Position numbers and translations under genes: made by a program
Notes under the pieces: generated by a model
Told to the model about the DNA's origin: nothing
What the model saw: only the letters and a program-made list of their open reading frames with translations
Database searches by the model: none
Shown here: piece after piece, positions 1 through 12,050 of the stretch
Layout of the letters: each line of letters starts with the position of its first letter
Position numbering within the stretch: the first letter of the stretch is position 1
Source: Octopus sinensis
Lineage: Eukaryota
Assembly: GCF_006345805.1 (NCBI RefSeq)
Contig: NC_043013.1
Location: forward strand, 33,976,001 to 34,040,000
Length of the DNA: 64,000 bases
Direction: 5' to 3'

Positions 1-540
1 TTCTTTAAAAAAAAGGAATTAATTATTTTTGTTGTTATTGTTTCTTATTTGTTATTATATTCATAGACTTAAAATATTGCTAATATATTCACTACTTAAT
101 ATTCGTAATATATTCTTGTATTTGTATTTCAAGATAACAAAATAAGTTCAATATTTATTGAAAACAACAAAAAAACAAAATTCTTGTAAAAATATATACT
201 GTATACACTTGATTTATTGGTTGTGTAAAATAAAAAAGTAAAAATTGTTATATAGACAAATTGAACAACCTATGATGAAAATATAAGATTATGTGGTAGT
301 CATTCATTTCTCAAAATTTAAATGCTGGAATTCAAAGAGATTATAATGGTAAATCAAATATATATTTTGAATTAATTAAGTGCTAATATTTTTATCATTA
401 ATATCATAGAGATAACTAATTTGAGATTGAAAAGTGAAAGAGTAGATTTGTTTCTCTTTTATTCCTCAAATTACTCCTTATAATGTCTAAAATATATATT
501 TTCTTGTCATGAAAATAAAGTTATATAGGTATCAGATGTT

Positions 541-722
541 GTGGAGTGGATTAGCAAACACATTAGAGCATCTAACAAAATGGCTTGTGGTATTACTTTG
601 AGTTTTTTAGAATATGAGTTCAAATCCTGCTAAGGCTGGTAAAGAAAGTACCACTTGAGAGGTACTGACTTAACCTTTCTTTTCAAAAATTGGCCTTGTG
701 CCAAAATTTGAAACTAATGTTA
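541..722 (+). mobile_element. Degraded tRNA-derived SINE (family B, tail type B1)
   Basis: B-box-like GAGTTCAAATCC and 3' tail GGCCTTGTGCCAAAATTTGAAAC resemble the better copies at 16508-16718 and 32861-33536. Confidence 0.45.
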
Positions 723-732
723 TCATTATCAA

Positions 733-1140
733 GGGAGAGAGAGCAGTGCATGCCATCAATGTGATACTGAGATAAAATATACGAAGCCCAATATATCCGT
801 CATGACTACCAATCTGATAAAGGTACACCAGGTACATGCATCACAACCATATGTGCATGATATGGTGATCTCATATCAAGATAAAAAGTGCATGACCTTG
901 CAAGAGGGGCTCAGACAGAATTTTCTTCATGTCGGGTGGCCCATCCTGCTCAAAAGGTCCTTGAAGAAGGGTTGTTTAAGGATATTGAACAAAGCATCCA
1001 AGCTGGCAGAGGTGAATTATTCAAACTCCAAAAATCTCCTGTCAGCACATGATTATGATGCACCCCCACTTCTTCTGCTTGTGATCAGAGATGTACATAT
1101 CATCAGCCACTAAGGGACATTCTCAACTGGTTAAGGACAT
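733..1140 (-). mobile_element. Probable retroposon/interspersed repeat remnant, family unassigned
   Basis: GC-richer island that ends (minus sense) next to an AAT-type tail at about 715-732. No second copy in the window, and the overlapping 103-aa ORF has no recognisable motif. Confidence 0.25.
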
Positions 1141-1157
1141 GCAACCATATATGTATA

Positions 1158-1190
<33 letters not shown>

Positions 1191-1220
1191 GTAAATACAT
1201 GTACATATATATATATATAC

Positions 1221-1393
1221 ATATATACGACAGGCTTCTCTCAGTTTCCATCGACCAAATCCACTCACAAGGCATTGGTCGGCCCGGGGCTCTAGCAGAA
1301 GACACTTCCCCAAGTTGCCACGCAGTGGGACTGAACCCGGAACCATGTGGTTGGTTAGCAAGCTACTTACCACACAGCCACTCCTGCGCCTAT
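1221..1393 (-). mobile_element. SINE family A, 5' head (tRNA-derived, CORE-like)
   Basis: Reverse complement reads AGGCGCAGGAGTGGCTGTGTGGTAAG (A-box), GGTTCAGTCCC (B-box) and a CORE-like TTGGGAAGTGTCTTCT. The same head recurs more than 15 times in the window. Confidence 0.85.
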
Positions 1394-1517
1394 GTATATA
1401 TGTATATGTATATATATGTATGTGTATATATATGTATATGTGTATATATATATATATATATCATTATCATCATCATCATCATCATCAATATATATATATA
1501 TATACATATATATATTA

Positions 1518-1944
1518 TCTTTTACTTGTTTCAGTCATTAAACTGATTAGACAGCAGCCATGCTGGGGCACTGCTTTGAAGAATTTTCAGTTGAATGAAT
1601 TGACCCCAGTACTTAATTTTGTTAAGCCTAGCACTAATTTTATCGGTCTCTTTTACTGAACCACCAAGTTACAGGGATGTAAACCCACCAACACCAGTTG
1701 TCAAGTGGTGGTTGGGGTACAAACACACACAAAGACACAAAAAATACACACATATACATATATATATATATATGTATATATATATGAATATATATGATGA
1801 GCTTCTTTCAGTTTCTGTCTACCAAATTCACAGGGCCTTGGGCAGCCTGAGGCTGTAGTAGAAAACACTTGTCCAAGTTGTCACATAGTGGGACTGAACC
1901 CAGAACCATGTGGTTGGGAAGCAAACTTCCAACCACACAGCCAT
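1518..1944 (-). mobile_element. SINE family A, near full length
   Basis: Head, internal (TA)/(CA) microsatellite and 3' tail (rc of ACTGAAACAAGTAAAAG) aligned to 7204-7606. Confidence 0.8.
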
Positions 1945-3171
1945 GACTGCTCATATTTAAAAAAAATATGGTTAACGTAACCCAGGTTTAAACAGTTACA
2001 ACAATGCTTCAGATTATGTGAAGAGTTTGCATTTGTCACATGCAATGAGAAACAAATTGACGAAAACAACTTCATCACCTCCATTTTAAAGTGAATTATT
2101 TATTGAGTTCCCAGTTGTATTTTTAAATCTTTTTTTTTTATTTTTTAAAGATTTTTTTTTTCTGAATTATTTGGTGATTGCATTTGCCTAATCTGTGTAA
2201 TTAGCTATTTTTCATAGCCTGATTAAATTGTAATTAGAGGAATTTTTTTTTTTATATTTTCTAAAAACGTTTCTGGTTCATGTATGGCTAGCATAAATAG
2301 AGCATGTAGCCTCTATTTAGGGAGTCCTTTACAATACTTTATGAATATTGAATTATTGAATATATTAAAAATATTCTAGAATCTGCATTTAATGATTTAA
2401 AAAAAAAATTTTATCTTAGTACAAATTTATTAACTTATAATTTAGAAGATTAGCAAGTTGATTGAAATCATCTTCAATATATTATTTGCTATTTTACAAA
2501 CCATGGGGAAATGATAACAAAGTATGTTCAACCTTGCTAAGATTTGAAATCAGAACATAAGGATCACTAACTACTCTGGAGCAATTTTCTGGTGCTTTAT
2601 TAATTTTGCTCTGTTATCATCAGTAACGAACTTAACAATGTCCTAATAAGATCAATAATGTTAATAATAATAATGCTTATAATAATAATAGTAATATATA
2701 TTATTATTATAACTACATTTTTATCATTTAAAATTTAAAAAATACATTTTGATAATAAGGATGATAAAACTGATAATTTAATAATAATTATAATAATAAT
2801 AATAACAATAATAATAATAAATAATAATAATAATAACAATAATAATAATAATGATAATAATAATAATAATAATCACGATAATAATATTATGACTAAAAAT
2901 GGTAATATTAATGTTAGAGTTTATAATTAATGAATTAAATAAAAATATAAAGAAATGATGTATTGAAATAAAAAAAAAAAAGTAAAATATTCTATTTTGA
3001 ACAAACAAAAGTAGAAAATTTTGAGTTTCCTTGGCAAGAATCTTAAGATTAGCATTGCAAATATTTCCTTAACCTGCGTAATTAGCTATTTCATAGCCTA
3101 ATTAAGATGTAATTATACAATTTTTTCACAGTTGTGTTCCCTTTTATTATTACTATCATATATTATTATTA

Positions 3172-3217
<46 letters not shown>

Positions 3218-4203
3218 CATCATCATCATTATCATCATTATTATTACCACCATTATCAACATCATCATTGTAATTATTATCACTAATTTGTTGCTTTCAG
3301 TTTTGTTATATCATATCTACAAATCTCTCCAGCATCAGCTTTCTATAACTTTAGATTAAGAAGGATTAAGTTATAAAACTTGAAAAATTTTTTTCAATTA
3401 TCAAGAATCCAGAGAAAGAGGAAATCTGTGAAGGTCTAAAATAGTAAAACTTAGTAAATAAAATACATGAAAATTGAATATGGTCTTACAGCATGTGGGA
3501 ATTAGTGTGGTGTTTGGAAGTTCATGTGCTGAAGAAAGGAACCAGCTTCCTGAAATTTCAGAATTTTCCTTTCCTCACAGTAAAACTAACATAAGTTCAT
3601 ATGCTATGTATAAGTTCTTGTACTGAACAAGGACTCCGTTTCTTGCAATGCCATAACTCATAATTCTTCACAGCAACTAAAGAAACATCAGAATTTGCAT
3701 CTCTTCATGGTATATTGACTTAAGGTTTATGAGACTTAAAGTTATGTGGACGCTTGCGTACTAAAGAAAAGCTCCGGTTCATGAAACCTCAGAGCTCATC
3801 TTTGCTCTCAGCACATTAACTGAATAGCCAACAAAGGAAGAATTATCAATGTTGGCCAATCTCATTCACTCATTCAAATCACACTTCACCAGGTATTAAA
3901 ATGAAAACAAAACAAAAAAAAAACGTGGCTAAACATATTTCACAATGTAGTCCTAGATACACTGTTCATAAGAAAGATCGATAAGGTCCTAGCTGAAGTG
4001 TTTTTCATAATTACTGCAGAATCAAAGTTGATATTCAGGCTTAACAAGCCCAAAACCAAGTCGTATATGGTACAAGCATGAATGAAAACACACAAGCTGC
4101 TGATTAAGCTTTGATCAAGATTGTTTCAGCAGAAAAATGTGTCAACTTTAAGGAAGTATTGTATACATTCTGGATCTTTGCATTGCACTGACTGAGCAAA
4201 ATG

Positions 4204-4248
<45 letters not shown>

Positions 4249-5517
4249 ACATTCTTGTAAAAAATACATTATCAAACTCAGTGTTTCTGAAGACCAGTGA
4301 AATAAAGGAAATCCCTTACAAAATACGTTTGGAATTTGGTTAACCTACACCATGGCAAATTGTTTCTTCTTGCACTATTTTATCAGCCATATCATCACAA
4401 CAAACCAGAGACAGTTGCAATTACATGAAATGTGCAGTGAGTTTATTAGCTTACCACCAAACAAAAATAATTTCTTTTTCCTTCTCAGTTCTGGTCTTTA
4501 AATGCCCGTGCTTCCTTATTCTAACCTTTATCAATCAGCTGCCTCATCCAAAGACCACCCCTATCTTCCAATCATTTGTACAATTAAGGAGTACTGGCTT
4601 TAGGTTTCCTTTTCTTGTCCTTCTACATGATTTGTGACCCCTCGCTTGTGAAAAACAATTTGATTGTACTACACTGTTTTGATTTTACATGTGCTCAGCA
4701 CATTTTTACAAATGCTCAGCACTCAGATGTGCAACCAGCATATCCTTCAAAGGAAAAATTGCACATAATTAGTAAAATATGACAATGATGTATTACCAAC
4801 ATGCTTATACTCATCTACAAGTGTTCTGAGAAACTTGATTTGGCATGGAAATACATTGAAAACCGTTGATTTTTAGTACCAATTCTAAAGACACCCAGTT
4901 GACTTCTAAAATATTCATACATGTAGCTTTATTAGTTTTACAGATTTTCAGTTTGCTTTCCACCTCAAGCAGATGAATTAACTGTTCGTGCTATTTCAGT
5001 AACCCCTGATGTAATCCTAGTGGATTATGCTTCAACCATCTTCTTTAGTTTAAACTTTGGCTCTTCTATCTTGAGAATGTTGCTCACAGATCTTTTTCTT
5101 TAGGTCTGCACTATGGAATGAATCACAAAGATTGTGGGTTCTCCTGAGTCTTATTGTGGTATAATGTGACTGAGGCTCAATCTAACTTAATCCCTTTCTC
5201 CAGAGGTTTTAAAGATTGATGGAGTTTTGAAACTTTTCATTAAAGAACATGCTGGCTGCACACACAACTAACTGCCAATGGTGTTAAGCATGAGGGAAGG
5301 CCAGGTCAATGACGAAGTGCACTTTTCCATCCCTTTTACATTCTGTACTGGGGTTTAATGCATTTAGAGTGGCCATATATATCTATGTGTGTGTATGTGT
5401 TGTGCGTGTGTGAGTGTGTGTTTATATGTCTGTGTGTGTATGTGTCCGTACATACATTCTCACTGCACATGCTGACACTTACAAAAATATAAATAGATAT
5501 ACATATACATATTATAG

Positions 5518-5554
<37 letters not shown>

Positions 5555-6071
5555 ATAGATATACATATACATATACATATACATAAATGGCGGTGCCCCA
5601 GCATGGCCACAGCTCATAAGCTGAAACTGGAAAAATCAAAAAAAATCAAAATCATATTGGTGTAAATCTTTACAAACGAATACATCTGTACAATGGTGGT
5701 ATAAAAATATAACATTCAGTGCATACATTTACAAACACAAGCATACATACACACAGATGTATGTTAAATGATAATTAAGTGTAATGGCAGAGAGAAGAAA
5801 CAGTAAGACATAAAAAACTGAAACGAGACAGGTGAACAAAAGTTAAATGTATCATTACGTAACTATGAATGCATACGCACAAAACAGAAAAAAAATATAT
5901 ACACATACAAATGTATGTTTAAAGGTCATTGGGTGTAGAGTAAGAAGAGATATGGAAACATATAGGTAATGAGAGTTAAAGCAAAATGGAAAACTGTAGT
6001 CTCACACAACTCTATACTATATGTGAAAGAATGATCGAGGTAGATCATATGCGTTTGTAGAGATGAAAGAA

Positions 6072-6230
6072 GAAGTGGCTGTGTGGTAAGTAGCTTGTTT
6101 ACCAACCACATGGTTCTGGGCTCAGTCCCACTGCATGGCACCTTGGGAAAGTGTCTTCTACTATATTCTCAGGCAGATCAAAGCCTTGTAAGTGGATTTG
6201 GTAGATGGAAAATGGAAGAAGCCCATCGTA
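6072..6230 (+). mobile_element. SINE family A head
   Basis: GAAGTGGCTGTGTGGTAAGTAGCTTG...GAAGAAGCCCATCGTATAT matches the family A head. Confidence 0.8.
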
Positions 6231-6242
6231 TATATATATATA

Positions 6243-6410
6243 TCATCATCATCGTTTAACGTCTGTTTTCCATGCTAGCATGGGTTGGATGGTTCAACCG
6301 GGGTCTGGGAAGCCAGGATGCTGCACCAGGCTCCAGTCTGATCTGGCAGTGTTTCTACAGCTGGATGGCCTTCCTAACGCTAACCACTCTGTGAATGTAG
6401 TGTGTGCACT
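6243..6410 (-). mobile_element. SINE family D 3' part with (GAT)n tail
   Basis: CATCATCATCGTTTAACGTC..TTCCATGCTAGCATGGGTTGGA..CCTTCCTAACGC, shared with 8113-8157, 20905-21010, 28860-29208, 38270-38312 and 49168-49440. Confidence 0.8.
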
Positions 6411-6452
6411 ACATATATATATATACATATATATATATATAGATATATCTAT

Positions 6453-6496
<44 letters not shown>

Positions 6497-6559
6497 CATG
6501 TGTGTGTATATGTTTTCCATCACATTTCTTAAAAATCATGGTAGAGACCTTGGTCTCAG

Positions 6560-6802
6560 GACCACTCATGTCTACAAAATGAGGTTGTGGGTAAGCAAAG
6601 GAATGTTTCCGATAGTAAATCCAGCTCCAAAAATGTCTCATGATAGCAAAAGAGACTGACCACCAACCAGCCCACCCAAAGGGTGGGGTGGGCTGCACGT
6701 GCCTACGTCGGTAGGCATTGAGGTAGATCCAGCCACCCCTGTTAACAGGGACTAAACCTGGATTTAAAACACTGGATAATGATGATGATGATGATGATGA
6801 TG
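6560..6802 (+). mobile_element. Possible RTE-type LINE 3' end with hairpins and (GAT)n tail
   Basis: Three small hairpins (CAGCCCACCC..GGGTGGGCTG, GCCTAC..GTAGGC, CCCTGTTAACAGGG) precede TAAAACACTGGATAATGATGATG. Clade assignment is inferred from the tail only. Confidence 0.35.
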
Positions 6803-6824
6803 AGGAGGAGGAGGAGGAGGATGT

Positions 6825-7010
6825 GTATATGTTTGTGTGTCTGTGTTTGTCCCTCCCCCCAACATCGCTTGACAACCGATACTGGTGTGTTTCCATTCCC
6901 GTAACTTAGCGGGTTGGCAAAATAGACTGATAGAATAAGTACTAGGCTTCCAAAGAATAAGTCCTGGGGTTGAAACAAATGACTGAAACAAGTAAAAGAA
7001 TGAAAAGAAT
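6825..7010 (+). mobile_element. SINE family A 3' half
   Basis: GTCTGTGTTTGTCCC..GCTTGACAACCGAT..GAATAAGTACTAGGCTT..GACTGAAACAAGTAAAAG. Confidence 0.8.
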
Positions 7011-7203
7011 ACATTAGCAGGAAATTGCATGACGCTCAGGGGAGTTAGCAAGTAACTGATTTAAAAAGTGAACTGTTAAGAATGAAACATAGAGAACGTT
7101 GTATGCTTAGCCAGATCCCCATATCACCATGTATTATATATTTTTGTATGTGCATGTGCATGTGTGTGTGTGTGTGAGTTTATCTTAATATAAATACATA
7201 TAC

Positions 7204-7606
7204 ATAGGCGCAGGAGTGGCTGTGTGGTAAGTAGCTTGCTAACCAACCACATGGTTCCGGGTTCAGTCCCACTGCGTGGCATCTTGGGCAAGTGTCTTCT
7301 GCTATAGCTCCGGGCCGACCAATGCCTTGTGAGTGGATTTGGTAGACGGAAACTGAAAGAAGCCTGTCGTATATATGTATATATGTATGTGCGTGTGTGT
7401 GTGGGGGGGGTGTCTGTGTTTGTCCCCCTAGCATTGCTTGACAACCGATGCTAGTGTGTTTACGTCCCCGTCATGTAGCGGTTCGGCAAAAGAGACCGAT
7501 AGAATAAGTACTGGGCTTACAAAGAATAAGTCCTGGGGTCGATTTGATCGACTAAAGGCGGTGCTCCAGCGTGGCCGCAGTCAAATGGCTGAAACAAGTA
7601 AAAGAG
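7204..7606 (+). mobile_element. SINE family A, full-length reference copy (about 400 bp)
   Basis: tRNA-like head with A/B boxes, CORE-like TCTTGGGCAAGTGTCTT, internal TA/TG microsatellite, 3' stem-loop CAGTCAAATGGCTG and AAAAGAG end. Confidence 0.9.
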
Positions 7607-8906
7607 TATATCTATATGAAGTGAATACAAAATTATATATTGTGAATCATGTTGTGATCAAGGAAAGTATCTTGGCAGTTTCATACAAGTTTAGATTTCC
7701 CAAAGTATAAGGTATGCCTAAAGAAGTCTAAGCTTGAATTTTCTTACTTATGAACGCTTGTCAAACAATTTTACATATATAAAATATATAATATGTTGAA
7801 TTAAATTCCACTGCCTCACCTGAAGCTATCCCTATCTTTCCCTATTAAAAATTATGCTATCTTCAAGTTATTTCATGAGAAAAATCAAAGCAAACATGCC
7901 CCTTTTATCCTGAATAATCACTTATTTTGTCCAGTTACATTCGTCAGGATTTTTCTGGAAAGTGCTCTTATCTTTTTATAGTCTGATGTTTCACAGCTTT
8001 ATTTTAGCATGACACTCAAAGGATAAATGTATTATCTTTAGTGGACTTTATCATTATGTATATCTATATAAAGACATGCATAATGATAGATATTTGTGTG
8101 AATATATATATATATCATCATCATCGTTTAACGTCCGCTTTCCATGCTAGCATGGGTATATATATATATATATTTATATATATAATATATGTGTGTGTAA
8201 GTATGGTTATATATATATGTACACATACATACGTATGTGTGTATGTATATAGGTATGTACACATGCATATACTCACACACACAAATACACACTCATACAC
8301 ACACACTCATACACACACACTCATACATATGCACACAATTCTGACAAACAAAGCCACCACATTGCCAATATCTATTTCGTGAGAACAGTCTATAATTAGC
8401 TCTCATAATGAAGATGTGTAATTAGGATTCTCCTTCTTTGCGTGTTGTTGCTACAACTATGCAGGCATTGATAGTAATGGGTAGAGGGTTTGGTGAAAGG
8501 ACGGGCGGGCGGGTGTTAAAGCCTGTCTCTTTTATAGAAAACGACATCAACAGACATCTAAAACAGAAGCAACAATATCAGTGACAGTAGAAGTAACTGA
8601 AGACCAGTTACTACAACAATGTTGATGGCACAAATGACAACAATAGTAATAAAGATAGAACTTTGGTGACAACAACATGTATAGAGATATAGCAACAATC
8701 TAAAACAAGATAAACTTCACTAGCCATAACAATACTACAAGTACTAATGACACCAATAGCATTAACATTAACAGCACTAGCCCATAAAGGAGCTTATATA
8801 TGGTCATCTGATTTGCTTGAAATAGCAGCCAAATCTTCCTTAAATTACATCCTACCATTTTAGAAATTAATTCATTGGATAACGTGGTCTTGGGTATGTT
8901 ACAGAA

Positions 8907-9155
8907 GGGGCGGGGTTTAGTGGTTAGGGTATTCAGCTCATGGTTATAAGTTTATGAGTTTAATTCCTGGTGTACATTATGTCCTTGAGCAAGACACTTC
9001 ATTTCATATGGCTCCAGTCCACTCAACAGGCGAAAATAAATAGTACCCGTAATTCAAAAGGGACCAGCCTTATCACACTGTGTGTCATGCTGAATATCCC
9101 TGAGAACTACGTTAAGCATACATGTGTCTGTGGAGTGCTCAGCCACTTGCATGTT
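8907..9155 (+). mobile_element. SINE family C (tRNA head plus CORE-like domain)
   Basis: TAGTGGTTAGGGTATT A-box, GAGTTTAATTCC B-box and TGTCCTTGAGCAAGACACTT CORE-like block. Related copies at 28730-28858, 40955-41285 and 52322-52580. Confidence 0.75.
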
Positions 9156-9234
9156 ATAGTAGAAGACACTTGCCCAAGGTGCCACGCAGTGGGACTGAAC
9201 CTGGAACCATGTGGTTCGTAAGCAAGTGACTTAA

Positions 9235-9450
9235 TTCTTTACTGCCCACAAGGGGCTAAACATAGAGAGGACAAACAAGGACAGACAAAGGGATTAAGTT
9301 GATTACATCGATCCCAGTAACTGGTACTTATTTGATCGACCCCGAAAGGATGAAAGGTTTAGTCAACCTCGGCAGAATTTGAACTCAGATGAAATACCAC
9401 TAAGCATTTCGCCTGGCGTGCTAACATTTCTGCCAACCCACCGCCTTAGC
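9235..9450 (-). mobile_element. SINE family B, tail type B2
   Basis: Carries the central block rc of CTTTCATCCTTTCGGGGTCGAT..AAGTACCAG (resembles the Deu/Nin-type SINE domain). Its tail CCCACAAGGGGCTAAACATAGA is shared with 49681-49950. Confidence 0.75.
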
Positions 9451-10055
9451 TACTTACCACACTGCATCAAACAACATAAATACTCATCTCTCTCTCTCTC
9501 TCTCTCTTTCTAATTCTTAAAACTAAGGTTTTCTGCCTAAAACATTCAGCTACTTTTCCTTCTCATCATTTAACATTTATTTGACTGTTTGGTCATTTGG
9601 TATTCACTATTTGCTCTGACATAAAACATCACTTATTTCCTCAGAATTTTCTGTATCACTAAAATTAGTTGATTAGTGATGGTCCACATATCTTGAATCA
9701 AATTGGGACTTTTGCTATTTTTTTTTTTGTATGTTTGTGTTGCATTAAATAAAATTAGAGATTAATTATTTGAGCTGAAAGGTGGTTTTGTAATGTGTGC
9801 GAGTTAGGAGATGTCTGAACTCAAAGAACACTGGAAGGAGTGGATGAGGTTCTAATTTTGGCATCTGGCCCATCAGACAACAAACACCAGAGAAAACAAC
9901 AAAAAAAATCATCGACTAAAATAACAATCAATTAAAGAAATAAATGAAAATGAGTGACACCGAAAACAGAGTCAACAATAACAGCATTAAAACCAGCAAT
10001 ACCAATTAACAAGAAACATTTCTGAGCATTAAAGTATTCTAATTAAGGTCCATAG

Positions 10056-10088
<33 letters not shown>

Positions 10089-10271
10089 ATGTGTGTGTGT
10101 GTGTTGTGTGTGTGTGTGTATGTATACACAGAAAGAAAGAGTGAGAGAGATGCACACAGCTAGTGTGAGATTCAGTATGTAGTATATAAGGTTACTTTAA
10201 AAGGAAATTAGCACCAAGTTTTGTTTGTAATGTTATATATATATATATATATGTATATATATCATGTGTGT

Positions 10272-10303
<32 letters not shown>

Positions 10304-11589
10304 TTCGTTTGTTGATGATTGATCGATCTTTTGAGCTCAGAAACCCGATTTCTCACCCCAGCCCACTTAACTTTATTCACCAGCAACATAATAACAACAT
10401 TAGCATCAATAACAACAACAAAGAAGACAAACATTGATGACAACCACCACCCTCACCGCCGCCGCCGCCACCACCACCACCACTGCTGCGATTGTTATCA
10501 CAATCTCCTAAACTCATTCATTTCCAGTCACAGACAGAAAAACAAACATCACAACCACACCAGGTGCTCAGTTTGCTAGAAATAGCAACCAAATCATATG
10601 TCAGCACCCCAGAAAAAGTTACAGACACATTGATGCTTGGTCCCAGGTCAGTTCTGACTCAGCTGACATATAATCAAATGCATTCCAATAATGACCATTC
10701 TATCTTAATTTTTTTCTTTCTTTATGTGCAAGGAACCCAAAAGAGATTGAGTGATGTCGTTCTGTGTTCCTTGCGCATCGGATGACAGGCAGGACTGTCA
10801 TAGTTGGAATGCATTTCTTCATCTGCCTGTTAGATCAAGATCCTTGTAGCTTAGTGGTTCACTAAAGTGAATGATAAAATAAGTATCTGGCTTCAGAAAA
10901 ATAAGTACTGGGATTGATTCATTTGACTGAAATTCTTCAAGGCTCAAGAACATAACACACAACCTGGTCTGGGAATCGAACTCACTACCTCATAACTGTG
11001 AACCTGATATCCTAACCACTGAGCCATGTGTCTTCCCTTGCAATAAATACACTGAAAGCAAAAGATCTTTCATGGATCCTTAAAATAGTTCCGTGGGTAC
11101 CCAACTTATTATCTTACTTGCATGGACCCCCCAACATTTCATGGACCCTGGTTGAGAACCATTGATGTAGAGTCTCCCTTGTTTCATATATTTGAGTTGT
11201 GTATGTTAGTAATGGTGTTTGTGGTAGTAGTGGTAGTACGTGCCCTTCCCCTCCATTGGGCAGTTGAAGCTTAGACAGTGTCACATGCCAGTTAGCTGCT
11301 GCTCGTTGCTGGAGCCTACCGGTGAGTATTTAAAGGGAGATTTGGCAGGGTGGTCAGTCGCCTGGTGACATTTGTTGACGCTGCATCAAAGAAACCAAAG
11401 AACAAAAGAAAAAAGCGGAAGAAGGAATGCACTCAACACCAGGGCTGAAGACATCTCCAAAAAAATGGGGCCTTGCCATGTCTAAAACAATAATGGAGCT
11501 GTTGAGGTAGGGAACCATGACACATGGGTGGAATTCCTCCATGAGCGATTGGTGATTGAAGGAATGTAAGTGGTGTTTAAGATTGTGGC

Positions 11590-12050
11590 AAGGAAATGGT
11601 AAGGGGTTATGATGACGTAGTGATTATTGCGATGTGGTGGCGGTGGTGGTGGTGTTTGCGGTGGTGATAGTGATGGTGGTGATGATGGTGGTGGTGGTGA
11701 TTGTGGTGGTGGTGGGGGTGGTGGTGTTGATTGTGGTGGTGGTGATTGCAGTGTTGGTGGTGGTGACTGTGTTGGTAGTGGTGGTGATTTTGTTGGTGGT
11801 AGTGGTAATTGTAGTGATGGTAGTGGTAGTGATAGAGGTGGCGGTGGTGATTGTGGTGGTGGTGGTGATTGTGGTGGTAGTGGTGGTGACGGTTGTGGTG
11901 GTGGTGGTGATTGTGGTGGTGGTGGTGATTGTGGTGGTGGAGATTGTGGTGGTGGTGGTAGTGTTTGTGGTGGTAGTATTGGTGGTGATTGTGGTGGTGG
12001 TTGTGGTGGTGGTATTAGTGGTGGTGGTGGTAGTGTTCATACATATTTCT
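11590..12050 (+). repeat. (GGT)n/(GGTGATTGT)n G-rich degenerate trinucleotide repeat
   Basis: Directly visible. The poly-Gly, poly-Val and poly-Thr ORFs are artefacts. Confidence 0.9.

Noticed and set aside
1060-1112. CUGAUGA on the minus strand at 1100-1106 as an HHR
   Set aside because: No GAAA/stem III/NUH arrangement follows. Only a generic hairpin can be drawn.
2165-3125. Diverged direct repeat of about 60 bp (about 2180-2235 and 3050-3120) as LTRs
   Set aside because: Too short, no TG..CA ends, and only AT-rich simple sequence between them.
7570-7606. SINE A 3' end (CAGTC-AAAT-G(A/G)CTG-AAACAAGTA) as an HHR
   Set aside because: No upstream CUGANGA. It is better explained as the LINE-derived 3' stem-loop.
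11150-11164. hAT/Charlie-like terminal repeat (rc CAATGGTTCTCAACC)
   Set aside because: The matching opposite terminus was not found, so no element can be delimited.
11280-11570. Possible exons (GTGAGT and GTAAGT donors, a Lys-rich frame)
   Set aside because: All frames between plausible splice sites contain stops, and there is no homology evidence.
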